Positions 37,876-50,222 of a DNA stretch of 64,000 nt are shown here, piece by piece. Where the stretch lies: positions 18,352,001 to 18,416,000 of the forward strand of contig CM069162.1 in the NCBI GenBank assembly GCA_035221665.1, given 5' to 3'. The notes beneath the pieces were generated by a model that was given only the letters and a program-made list of their open reading frames with translations, was not told where the DNA came from and did no database searches. The translations under genes were made by a program, and so were the position numbers. The DNA comes from Okamejei kenojei (taxonomy: Eukaryota). Position 1 is the first letter of the stretch. Every line of letters begins with the position of its first letter.

Positions 37876-40264
37876 CGTTGCCAAAAGGTGGGACAATGTG
37901 AAGGCAATTTAAACAAGAGGGACCACAAGTCAGAACTGGAAGGCAATCAGCTTTGAGTGACTCGCTCCTAGAGATCATACTCAACTTTCAGATAAAGGCA
38001 ATATCACGCACCCACAAAAACAAAACAGCATTACAACTGAAGATTGGAATATTTACATACAAACATAGCAACAGAAATACTGTAAGATGCTCCAGTTGAC
38101 TTGAACCACATGTTATAAAATTAACAGCATAATTGATTACTAGGGCTCTCTGCAAAATATCTAATGTGTGTTCAGACAATGTCACTAACTGCAGGAAAGA
38201 GGTTTAGTGCACTTTAGCCAGAAAATATGTTAGCTCCAAAAACATTTTAATGCAGCCATTATATTTTCTAATAGCAGGCACTGCCAATGTTAATGGAAGA
38301 CTTGGACTTTATTTGTGTTGCAATTTATTTTTGCAGGGCCAGCAATACACATCTTGTACACATCCATGAAGGGATAATTATGAAGCCTCGACTCAGGTTG
38401 GGAGAGAGAAAACAAAGGGAATTCAGTTAAAAACTGAATGGCAGAGCAAAGGCAACAAAAGCAAAAACAATACCCCTGAAGCAACATCTAGTTCAGCTAT
38501 CTCGTTTACATCTCAAGACAGGGTTCAGGCAACAGAGAGAAACCTTTTGAGCTTCATTCATCTGTTTAAGCATCATCGGAACAACTCAATTAGGTAGCAG
38601 CCATGCTATTACTCACAGGTGTAAAATGTCCAATGTACAGTAATTAGAATACAATGTCTTCCCTGTGGGCAGATAGGCACAGCTACAAACACTACTCAGC
38701 CTTTGTTTGTCTTTGCTTTGTACACAAATGATTTTAAACGCAGGTTAAATAGACACAAGGTGCTGAAGTAACACAGCAGGTCAGGCTGCAAACTGACCCG
38801 CTGAGTTCCTCCACCACTTTGTGTCTTTGGGAAAAACCAACATCTGCAGTTCTTGGTTTCTGCAGGTTAAATAGAGTTCCACTCTAAATGAGATCAGGAG
38901 TCTGAAGTGGAGCATTACATTTGTCACAGACCACAAGAGTCACAAAACCTACAGGATCTGTTTCTTGCCTTCCAAATGTTCCCCATCTCCATTTCCCACC
39001 AATATCTCTGTGGAAGCTGTTTCTGATCAATGTAGAAATGAAGCATTGTTAGTCTAAAATTCTTCAGGCCATCTTTTAGTTAAGGCTTTAGGATGCTTAT
39101 TTACATATAGATATTGTCTCTGCCAAAAACAAAAGAGGAAGACAATGCTGACATATGTTTTTCTTGCCCCGCAGCTTGAAAGGTCTACAGGCCAGTATTT
39201 GTGCCAAAGCTGCTGTCACTTAGTTGTTTAGAGATACAGCATGGCCTTCCACCCACCGAGTTCACACCGACAATCGATCACCCGTTCACACTAGTTCTAC
39301 ATTATCCCACTTCCATATCCACTCCCTACACACCGGGTGCAATTTACAGAGGCCAATTAACCAACAAACCTTTGGGATGCAGGAGGAAACCGGGGCAATC
39401 AACGGAAACCCATGTGGTCACAGGGAGAACGTGCAAACTCCACACAGAAAACACCAGCGGTCAGGATCGAGTCTAGGTCTCTGGCACTGTGAGGGCAGCA
39501 TCTCTACCAGCTGTGCCACCGGTGGAGCTGCTGCCTTGCAGCACTAGAGACCCTGCGTCACTTCCATTCTAAGGACATGAAAACATGAAATCCGGAAATG
39601 TTTCTAATTCCAGTAGTCGACAGGTCAAAGAGGTTTGGAAAGTCTCTCAATTGCAACAAATATCCAAGTTCCCTCCATTCCCATTCTTCACAGGGGTTTC
39701 ATTTTAATTAAGGAAACCATACAATTCAATTTTGCACAAGATTTTTCTGGTGCCCAAATTCATTGATTATCCTGAAGTGTTCAGTACAATTATCCAGCAA
39801 TTGAAAACGTAGCCTGCAACAAGCCACATGGTGCATGAGCTAAAGCAACGCCAGTCTACTGAAGGGTCTTGACCCGAAACATCATCCATTCCTCTCCAGG
39901 GATGCTGATGGTCACGCTGAGTAGCTGCAACATTTTGTGTCTACCAGCTTACTCACGGGTCTTCTCTTCCACACCCAACTGAAAACAAATCTTGCATATT
40001 CACATTTAGTCTTTGAAACGGTCCCCCCTTGTAAGCGATCTTATCCACAATAGAAAGACACAGCAAGTAAGAATTTAATTGTACTGTTCCAAATGCATAT
40101 GACGATTCTTGACATGTTTGCACATGGCATGAAAATTGGTTGCTAGGGTGCAGGCAGCACACATATAGCCTGTCTTTATTAGCCAAGGCATACAATACAA
40201 GAGCAAAGAAATTGTGATACAATTTTATAAAAATGTCGTTCAGCCCATAACTGGAAAATTGTGT

Positions 40265-41105
40265 TAAAGAAGGAACTGCAGATGCTGGAGAATCGAGGGT
40301 ACACAAAAAGCTGGAGAAACTCAGCGGGTGCAGCAGCATCTAAGGAGCGAAGGAGATAGGCGACGTTTCGGGTCGAGACCCTTCTTCAGACTGGTCAGGG
40401 ATCAGGGAAACGAGAGATATAGATGGTGATATGGAGAGATAAAGAACAATGAATGAAAGATATGCAAAAAAGTATCGATGATAAAGGGAACAAGCCATTG
40501 TAAGCTGTTTGTGGTGTGAAAATGAGAAGCTAGTGCGACTAGGGTGGGGGAGAGATAGAGGGAGAGGGAATGCCAGGGCCCGAGGGCTGAGGGAGAGGTG
40601 GGAAGGGGAGGAGACAGCAAGGGTTAACAGAATTGAGAAAATTCAATGTTCAAGCCCAGAGGATGCAGACTCCCCAAGCGGAATATGAGGTGCTGTTCCT
40701 CCAACTTGCGGTGTTGCTCACTTTGGCCGTGGAGGAGACCCAGGACCGAGAGGTCGGATACGGAATGGGAGGGGGAGCTGAAGTGCTGAACCACCGGGAG
40801 GTCGGCTTGGTTATTGCGGACCGAGCGGTGTTCGGCAAAACGATTGCCAAGCCTCCGCTTGGTCTCACCGATATAGATCATCTGGTATCTGGAGCAGAGG
40901 ATGCAGTAGATGAGGTTGGAGGAGGTGCAGGTGAACCTCTGTCGGACCTGGAAGGACAACTTGGGTCCCTGTAAGGAGTGGAGGGGTGAGGTGAAGGGAC
41001 AAGTGTAGCATTTCTTGTGGTTGCAAGGGAAAGTGCCCTTGACAAGGGAGTTTCGGAGGGCGGTCTTTGCGGAAGGCAGACAAGGGGTCACGTTGGAGGG
41101 TGGCA
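40265..41105 (-). mobile_element. Penelope-like element: GIY-YIG ORF end plus complete pLTR with intact hammerhead-like core
   Basis: PCNHKKCYTC..FTCTSSNLIYCILC..IYIGETKRRLGNRFAEH..GLNIEF; CTGAAGAAGGGTCTCGACCCGAAACGTC at 40362-40389. Confidence 0.9.
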
Positions 41106-41303
41106 AAACTGGCGGAGGACTATGTGTGCAGTGGATTGCAAGACCTGATTATACCAGAGAGGGTGCAGAGATGATTCTCCGTTGTTACCTGGGACAGAAT
41201 GCAATTATAAAGGAGATGTGGGAGAGTTTTCCTCTCAGCCAAAAAGGCAGTGGGGACTGTGACAGAGGTGAGGCATCTACAGTGTCGATGGCAAGAAATG
41301 GTC

Positions 41304-42799
41304 TGTAAAAATTGTACCTTTATGTAAATGAAAACTTTACAAGAATGTACAACATCAACGAAGGCGTTATGATTAATGTTTGGGCAAGAGTGAGGTAACT
41401 ATATTAGGTGCATATAAACCCATCTACATCCTTCCCCTTAGAAATCAAAAAACAGATTGTTGTCACGACAACCGAATTAAACAGCAGGAAAGTGGATCCT
41501 GCCCGAGCGCGTACGGATCTGGAGGGCATGGCAGCCGGCTGCGGACCGGGAGACGGAATGCTCCAGCACCCGAGGTTTCAGCAATTGGATCTGGTAGTTC
41601 TGGACATCGACGTGAGCAGGGGACCCCATGGCCGGGGTGAGGTTCAGGAGATTCCAAATACAAATCAGAATTGGATAGTCGCGCCTGTTCCATCAGAAGC
41701 TTGGCGCTGCGGAAGGCCGTTGCTCTGTGGGTAGTGAATGCACGAAGACTTGTCGGCAAAGCTACTGCCTGCCGTTGTCAGTCTGCAGCTGACCGGGGTC
41801 CCAGTGTTTCCGCAGCTTGCGGTCCGACGTGAGGGATGTCAGCCAAATCCACTTCGCGAGTCGACCCAGGACAAGGTAGTGGTTATGGCCACCACACAGG
41901 GGCTGTCGCTGCTGGTGCGGCGCAAGACTGTTGCAAGCAGGCAGAAACTCGGTCTCGGATATATTTGGCCATTCCACCAGAGCGTGGGCAAGCGTTTGCA
42001 GATAACGGCACCAATTTCGTCGCGGACCAGGAAGAAAGGCTTGGTGCTTCAGAGAGCCACCCTGCTTAATCACCGATGCAAGCTGCTGCAAGGCCGGATC
42101 GGCAGCGGTGTGCTCGGCCACCTGTAGCTGCTTGGTGGGAATGTTAACGCCCAGTACGAGCAAGTCCTCTGTTTCGTAGGGGTGGCGAGCTACGCGGGGC
42201 TCGCGACAGGTGTCCGCAATGTGCAGTAGTTGGAGCTTTTGAATCGGCTTGTTCAGGAACCGGTGGTTTTCGTAAATCTGCTGGAAGTCTCTGAACTTGC
42301 AGGAGCGTACCGCTGCTGTGTCCGTCATGGTGCGGGAGGCATAGGAGACGGGATGCAGCGATCCGTCGACCTGAAGGCAGGCCGCACCCAGACCGAACTT
42401 GGAAGCGTCACAGGTGAGGTGATGGGGCGACCCACGTCGAAGAACCGCAACGTCGGAGTGCTAATCAGTTTCGACTTGAGGCGGTCAAAAGCCTGCTGGT
42501 GAAATGCACGAAGACTTGTCAAGTCGCAGCCTGACAAAAGTGGAGAAGTGTTTCCGCAGGATCACCATCTCCGACGTGAGGGATGTCAGAGGACACCAAT
42601 GAAAACATGGAGGCGTGGGTTCGTATCCCACTTCTGACACCATGTAAATGGTACTACATCTTTTGATTGGGTTATTACACACACCTTCAAGCACCGGCTA
42701 CATTTTCTACTGAGGGGAAGGCGTTATGATGATGTTAACTGGGCGGGGTAGTGAAACTATATTAGTATCTACACTTTATGAACGGGTACTATTTTTACA
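41304..42799 (-). mobile_element. Non-autonomous, heavily deleted Gypsy LTR retrotransposon
   Basis: TG..CA LTRs at 42643-42799 and 41304-41428; tRNA-Leu PBS; PPT AGGGGAAGGA at 41429-41438; pol remnants AFDRLKSKLISTPTLRFFD, PVSYASRTMTDT, TAADPALQQLASVIKQG. Confidence 0.85.
42607..42642 (-). promoter_or_regulatory. Primer-binding site complementary to the tRNA-Leu 3' end (extended to 36 nt)
   Basis: TGGTGTCAGAAGTGGGAT directly after the LTR end, continuing ACGAACCCACGCCTCCAT. Confidence 0.88.
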
Positions 42800-42809
42800 G
42801 ACATCCTAT

Positions 42810-43385
42810 GAGCATAGAAGTTGAGACGTTGGTGATGTCGCATTTAGAATATTGTGTTCAGTTCTGGGCACCGTGCAATAGAAAAGATGTTGTCAAACTG
42901 GAAAGGGTACAGAGAAGATTTTCAAGGATATTGCCAGGGCTAGAGGGTCTGAGCTATAGGGAGAGGTTGAGTAGGCTGGCACTATTCCCTGGAGTGCAGG
43001 AGGATGAGGGGTGATCTTATTGAGGTGTATAAAATCATGAGAGGAATAGATCAGTTAGATGCACCGAGTCTCTTGCCCAGAGTAGGTGAATCAAGGACCA
43101 GACAACATTGGTTTAAGGTGAAGGGGAAAAGATTTAATAGGAATATGAGGGGTCACTTTTTCCACACAAACGGATGGTGGGTGTATGGAACAAGCTGCCA
43201 GAGGAGGTAGTTGAGGCTGGGACTATCCCAATGTTTAAGAAACAGTTAGACAGGTACATGGATAGGACAGGTTTGGAGGGATGTGGACCAATCGTGGGCA
43301 AGTGGGACTGATGTAGCTGGGACATGTTGGCCGCTGTGGGCAAGTTGGGCCGACGGGCTTGTTTCCACACGGTATCACTCTATGA
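42810..43385 (+). mobile_element. CR1/HER1 3' fragment carrying the tail shared with the SINEs
   Basis: HLEYCVQFWAP..LERVQRRF..RGDLIEVYKIM; tail GGGCCGACGGGCTTGTTTCC. Confidence 0.92.
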
Positions 43386-44269
43386 CATCCATAAAGTCAA
43401 TTTTGTCCATCGAGTCAGAAAATATCTAAAATCACTTAATATGGTGACCATACCTCTGCAAATCTGTATTAAATTTTGTTTATGAGGCCAATTTAATGGG
43501 AACATTTGCATATTTTCTTCCTCTGCCTAGTTACAACGGTACAGAATCAGGATATTCCATACTCAATGGCTGCTTTCAATGGGCTTGGTATCAATGGCTG
43601 TTACATTGTTTAATAAAGTATTGTTTCACAAGAATCAGTTGAAACGATTGCTTGTTTGTTTTTAAAGCAATTGTCTTAAATAGCCCCCTGCCATGAAACA
43701 GGCTGCCTGCATTTTTAAGATACAAGATTGTGATTGCTGTAGGAAGGTTAGATGTAAACAGGTTTTTTTTTTAAATTTCCAAAATGAGTTCTCATTTGAA
43801 AGCGTAATGAGAACTTCATAAGGTCATAAGTGATAGGTGCAGATATTAGGCCATTCGTCCCATCAAGTCTACTCTGCTATTCGATCATGGCTGATCTATC
43901 TCTCACTCCTAACCCCATTCTTCTGCCTTCTCCCCATAGCCCCTGACATCCAAGCCTGTTCATATCTGCTGTGTGCCAGGCATTCATAACTCATGGATAG
44001 CCTGTAGAAAGGATATGATGGAAGGCAAGGCTAGTGGGCCGGAAGGCTAGTCCTTGCACTGTGAGACCAAGTCTATTTGAAGTCAGAATTTAAAATGGAT
44101 TTGCTTCAACACAAAACTAATCAATTGCACATTATTGCAGCTATCTGAAAGTCAGTGTGTGTTGGGGAAGGCGAGGAATAAGGAAGAAATAATTCAAGGA
44201 GGGAAAAAAAATAATCTATTTTAATAGCAGAGTAACTGCACTTCGGGTAATTGTAGTAATTGGTGATAT

Positions 44270-44965
44270 TAGGTCATCAAGTCATAAGTAAGAATGATCA
44301 GGTCATGAGCAGAATTAGGCCATTCAGCCCATCAAGTCCACTCCACCATCCAATCATGTCTGAATCTATCTCTCCCTTTAATCTTAACCCCATTCTCCTG
44401 TCTTCTCCACACAACCCCGGACTAATCAAGAATCTATCTATCTCTGCTTAAAAAATATTCATTTACTTGCCCTCAAAGCATTCTGTGGCAAAGAACTCCA
44501 CAGGTTCACCACATCTCTGACTAAAGAAATTCCTTCTCATCTCCTTCCTAAAAGAACGTCCTGTAATTCTGAGGTTATAACCTTTAGTCCTAGACTCTCT
44601 GACCCTTGAAAAATCCTCACCATTTCCACTCTATCCCAGCCTTTCACTATTTGGTGCATTTTGATGAGGTCCAACTTCATTCTTCTAAATTTCAGCGAGT
44701 GCAGGTCCGATGTCGTCAACCGCCCATGATAAATTAACCCACTCATTCCTGGGATAATTCTTGTAAACCTCCTCTGGACCCTCTCTGAATGTGCCAACAC
44801 ATCCTTCCCAGATATGATGCCCAAAATTGCTCGCAATACTCCAAATGTGGTCTGACCAGTGCCTTATAGAACCTCAGCATCACCTCACTGTTTTTGTTTC
44901 CTCGCCCTCTTGAAATAAATGCTAGCATTGCGTTTGCCTTCTTTAATGCCAATTCGACTTGCTGC
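44270..44965 (-). mobile_element. CR1 3' fragment
   Basis: KKANAMLAFISRG..LVRPHLEYCEQFW..RVQRRFTRIIPGM. Confidence 0.9.
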
Positions 44966-46279
44966 TTATGTTTTTGGGAAAGTTAAATATTAAACAAATA
45001 ATTTCATTTGTTTAACACTTAACAATTGTCACCGATTATTTTGGAAATAAAAGCAAGTTGGTGTACAAACCCCTTACAGACAGCACCCATAGTCAGGATC
45101 GAACCCGGGCCCCTGGCACTGTTAGGCAGCGACTCCACCACTGCGCCACCATGCCACCTTTCTACTGCAGAATGGCATGGTACATTAAAATGTTCTATTT
45201 TCTCCAAAATGTCATACCTTTGTATGCAAAATAACATGAAGTATTCAAAAGGTTCATTATTTCGAGCAAAGGCACTTTACTCAAAAAGTCGCTTCTAGAG
45301 CAGCTGGCCTTGCAACGTCACCTCACCAGCGTATGGGAACTATCTATAGTGGCAGGACTCTCCCAGACAATTAATAGCCTGACACAGTTGTACTCACTGA
45401 AATTATATTGCACAGGCACTGTGCCAAACTCCTCCATCACAATCCCTGTGTATCTACCCGATCTATTCCTCTCATGATTTTATATACCTCAATAAGTCGA
45501 TGGGGAGAATGTTTCCAGTAATGGAAGAGTCTAGGATCAGGGGCACAGCCTCAGAATAAAAGGACATGCCATTACAAAGGAGATGAGGAGGAATTTCTTT
45601 TAACCAGAGGGTGATGAATCTGTGGAATTCAATGCTGCAGATGGTAGGGGGCTAATTCGCTGTCTATTTTTAAAACTTGAGATTGATAGGTTCTTGATTA
45701 GGAAGGGTATCAAAAGATACGGGGAGATGGCAGGAGAATGGGGTTGAGAGGGAAAAATAGATCAGCCATGATCGAATGATGGGACAGACTCGATGGGCCG
45801 AATGGCCTAAATCTGTTCCTATGTCTTATGAACTATTACCAACTGGTAGCAGAACCTGTGATTGAGCTGGCCAAGCGAACTGGCTGAGATTAGATTAAGA
45901 GAAATCATGCTTGACCAACTGATTTGAATATTTTGATAGAGGCAGCAAAGATTGATGCAATGACTATCATTTAGCTTTAGTTTAGAGATATAGTGTGGAA
46001 ACAGGCCCTTTGGCCCACTGAGTCCGCACCCACCAACAATGTCCGCATATTAACAGTAAAACAATAGCCACACACTCCAGGCAGTGAACTGTCCTCCACA
46101 ACAGCGAGGACTGAATCATAATGATTGCAGAAATATCATATAACCAGTGCCCATCAACCTTCCAAACCCACATCCCCTGCACTCTAAAAGCCCAAATCAA
46201 ATCAGCTGGATGGCCAAAATAGTTTTGGTCTTAACAAATCTCTTTATTAAAACCACCTTCTGATTAACAGAGAAGATTT

Positions 46280-46700
46280 ATGAGGATACTGTCAGGAGTA
46301 GAGTTGTCTGAGCTATTGGGAGAAGTTGAGTAGGCTGGGACTCTACTCCTAAAAGCGCAGGAGGATGACGGAAGATCTTATAGAGAGGAATAGATTGGGT
46401 AGATGCACAGAGTCTCTTGCCCAGAGTAGAGAAATCGTAGACCAGAGGACATATGTGTAAGGTGAAGGGGGAAAGATTTAATAGGAATCTGAGGGGAAAC
46501 CTTTTCTGCAACTGAGCTGCAAGAGGAGGTAGTTGGGGTTGGGACTATCCAAACATTTGAGTAGTAGTTAGACAGGTACATGGATAGGACAGGTTTGTAG
46601 ACATGTGGACAAAATAGGCAGGTGGGACAAGTGTAACTGGGACATGTTGTCCAGCGTGGGCAAGTTGGGCCTATTCCCACATTGTATCACTCTATGATGA
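46280..46700 (+). mobile_element. CR1 3' fragment (another at ~45500-45830)
   Basis: Colinear with 42910-43385 apart from deletions. Confidence 0.85.
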
Positions 46701-48999
46701 TTACGGTGGCTGTTTGCAGTTATAATGAATCCTCCTCCTGTGCTTGCAGTATTCTAGTGATGCAGTTTGGAAACCCGAAGGTTGGAATGGTGTGTTAATC
46801 CAACAGTACACATCAGGTTTTACTTCCAAAAGCTCGCCTCAAGATTTCTTGCATAAAGCAGAAAATTGATTGCACAAAATTCCCGATGGGACACCTCCCC
46901 TCTGCTGCAGTTTCTGTGCTGCCACAGAAATCATGAGCAAATAGAACTAGTTTTCCCTCATCTCTCGTCTCCCTCACCGTGAGTTACAGTCTCTGAAACT
47001 AGGAGGAGGAAATAGTGATCAAATCAAATCTAATGATCATCTAAAAAGAAAATCACTACAAAATACAGGTGGATGTAAATGTGTGGACTGAGATGGCGTG
47101 CACAGATTCCTATGCTGGTCGCAAAATGATACTGGTAGATTGAGCACAAAATTGATCTGATCAAATCCATTGGAAGTATAAGCAAACTATTGTCGGTGAA
47201 CTTTCTCGTGGGATTGAACCCGTGCCAACAGGCGATTTAGAGCATTGAGGCCCTCATTGACTATGTGTGCCAAGCTGGGAATGCAACTAAGTCACGAGTA
47301 AAGAGTGAAAGGAGTGCACGACCTCAAGCGTTACCCACCCGCTCAACCTGTGAGGCACCTCCTTCCCCATCTGTGGAAGAGTTGGTGGTTCCCAAATCAG
47401 ATTCTCGAGTGAATAAAGCCTTGCAAGGCTAGGGGAAGCAAACCATCCTCAACCCCAATCAGCTGCCTAGGAAGAAGGGATGCATAGCGTCGTACAGCAT
47501 GGAAATAAGCCTATTGGTCCAGCTCATCCATGCCAACCAACATGCCTCAGTTAAGCTGGTCCCATTTGCCTGTATTTTGTCCATATCCTTCCAAACCTTT
47601 CCTATGGTGCTCGCATGTAATCGAACCCTGAGCTTGGGTTCCTCGAACATGTGACTCTGGGAGGGGTCGCGTTTTCGCGCATTTTCTGGGCCATGCCCAG
47701 TTAGTCGATCGGGGCCACCGTTGTGGCTAGACCAGTATCCAGAGCGTTTGTTAGACTCATTGTCGTTGAACAGTTTGTGAATAAAACTTGATTCAAAAAT
47801 CCGACTTTGGTCTGCATCCGCCAAATTATGACAATAAAACACTCTCGACTCTTGAAATAGCCTGACTGAAGATGGGAAGTGTGTCAAAGCTGGGAAATGC
47901 CACGAGGCCCAACTCGTTGAGAGCGCGAGATTTGTTTCCAAATAAACTGAAAGATATTTATTGGAAGGTACATATGATTTATTCAATGATGAATATACCT
48001 CAGGCAATAGCTGTTAAAGGCATTTAAAAATCATTTTAATTCCTAATGTATGGGATTCACTTTGGTTTGTCGGACTATCACTCACTATGGCATTGTCAGT
48101 TTCTGGAATCGATGACGTTCCTCTGCGAGTGTTCAACGTTGAGGATGCCAGGCAAATATATCCCTTCTCCCCAGAGATGCTGCCTGTCCCGCTGAGTTAC
48201 TCCAGCATTTTGTGCCTACCTTCAGCAAATATATTGGTCGTGTCCTGCTGCATAAACAGATCATTAATTCATTGTGAGCAGTGTTTTGCATTGACATTTG
48301 CTGAGTGGATGGCAACAATACTCTTTAAAAAGAATGTTTTATTCTAATGGAATGATTGAACTTGGGATTTTTAGGCTTTGTAGTGGTTGTAAATTGAACT
48401 ACTTGTCGCAGCAATTTACTTGGAGAAATGCTCCAGCTTCAGAAATAACGCTATTATTAGACTGAGCAAGATGTTACAAATTCTTGCAAAAGATGAAAAG
48501 AAGATGGCATTGTGTTAGATTTGGAATATTTGTGCCTGTATATCTTTATCATTTTCAGTGAGGTGTGTAAGAAGGTCAGCAAGGATAAGCCGAGGGCCAA
48601 CTGCTGGCCGGAGTGCCCAATGTCAGTGGTGGGTAAGTAGTTTAATTTAGAGACACAAAAAAGAGTAGTTTCGTTTAGTAAGTAAGTAGTTTAGTTTAGA
48701 GACATAGAAACAGGCCCTTTGGCCCACCGAGTCCGCGTCGAACAGCGATCCCCGCACACTAACACTATCCCACACACACTCGGGAAAAACTTACAATCAT
48801 ACCAAGAAAATTAACCTACAAACCAATACGTCTTTGGAGTGTGGGAGGAAACCAAAGATCCCAGAGAATACCCACACAGGTCACTGGGAGAATGTAGAAA
48901 CTCCATATAGAGACAGCACCCGTAATCGGGATTGGACCCGGCTCTCTGGTGCTGTTAGGCAGCAACTCTGCTGCTGCGCCACCGTGCAGCATTGAAGTT

Positions 49000-50222
49000 T
49001 CTTCGGGGCGGATTTACCCGTCATTTGGAAAGGCGCAGATTTGGTTATAGATAGTTGGCACGTGCATGGGGAAACTGTCTCACAAATATGGGTTTTTTGA
49101 AGAGATCACTGAAAGGATTGATGAGGCCAAGGCATTGGACGTTGTCTATGTGGACTTTTAGCAAGGTCGGCTGGTCCGGAAGGTCAGGTCATATGCAAAC
49201 TAAGACAAGCTGGGCAATTGGATTCAATATCAGCTTTTAGGAAGTAGTCAAAGGGTAGAAAAGATTGGAGCCTATCACCATGGGTGCTGTGTTCGGTCCT
49301 GTTTGTTATACATATTAACAATTTGGATGCCAATGTAGTTAACATTGATAGTAAATTTGCAAATGACACCAAAATTGGTTGGAAAGAGGAAGGATATCTA
49401 TATTCTCAGCAACTGCTAGATCTGTTGGGAAGTGGGCCGAGGAATGGAAAATGGAATTTAATTCAGATAAGTGTGCGGTATTGGACTTTGGTATATCAAA
49501 CCAGGGCAGGACACGCACAGCAAATGAACCCATGAGACTGCTGCAAAACAGAGGAGATCTGGGAATACAGGTGTACATTCCCTAATAGCGGTGTGTCAGG
49601 TAAACTGCACGGTGAAGAAGGCATTTGGCGTGCTTGCCTTCATTGGAACAGGTATAGAATACAAAATATGGACATAGTGAAGCAACTGTACTTTCAATGA
49701 TGAGACCACAGTTGGAGGACCATGTGCAGTTCTGGTTACCCAGCTATACGACGGTGTCATTCAGGTGGAAAGGATGCAAAGAGTAACAGGAGGCAGCACC
49801 GTGACGCAGCGGTAGTACTGCTGCCTTACAGCACCAGAGAACCGGGTTTGACACGTTTGTACGTTCTCCCCGTGAGCTGCGTGGGTCTTCTCCGGAATCT
49901 CTGGTTTCCTCCCACACTCCAAAGAATAGAAAGATTTTTGATTAGTACTGGTGTCAGAAGTTATGGTGAGAAGGCAGGAGAATGGGGTTAGGAGGGAGAG
50001 ATAGATCAGCCATGATTGAATGGCGGAGTAGATTTGATGGGCCGAATGGCCTAATTCTACTCCTATCACTTATGACCTCATGACTTAAAGATTCATAGGG
50101 TAATTCACTTGATTTAATTGTAAATTGTCCCTTGTGTGTGTAGGACAGTGCAAGCGTGCGGGGATCGCTGGTCGGTGCAGACTCAGTGGGCCAAAGGGCC
50201 TGTGTCCATGCTGTGTCTCTAA
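49000..50222 (+). mobile_element. Nested CR1 / V-SINE / CR1-tail cluster
   Basis: Old CR1 (FVIHINNLD..SKFANDTKIG, WAEEWKMEFN) to ~49785, SINE head 49791-49925, CR1 3' end ~49930-50085, SINE remainder to 50222. Confidence 0.8.

Noticed and set aside
42607-42642. tRNA-Leu gene
   Set aside because: Only the 3' 36 nt are present, include CCA and abut an LTR, so it is a PBS
47459-48007. 182-aa ORF
   Set aside because: Runs across unique DNA, an LTR-like insert and a CR1 tail; chance chimera
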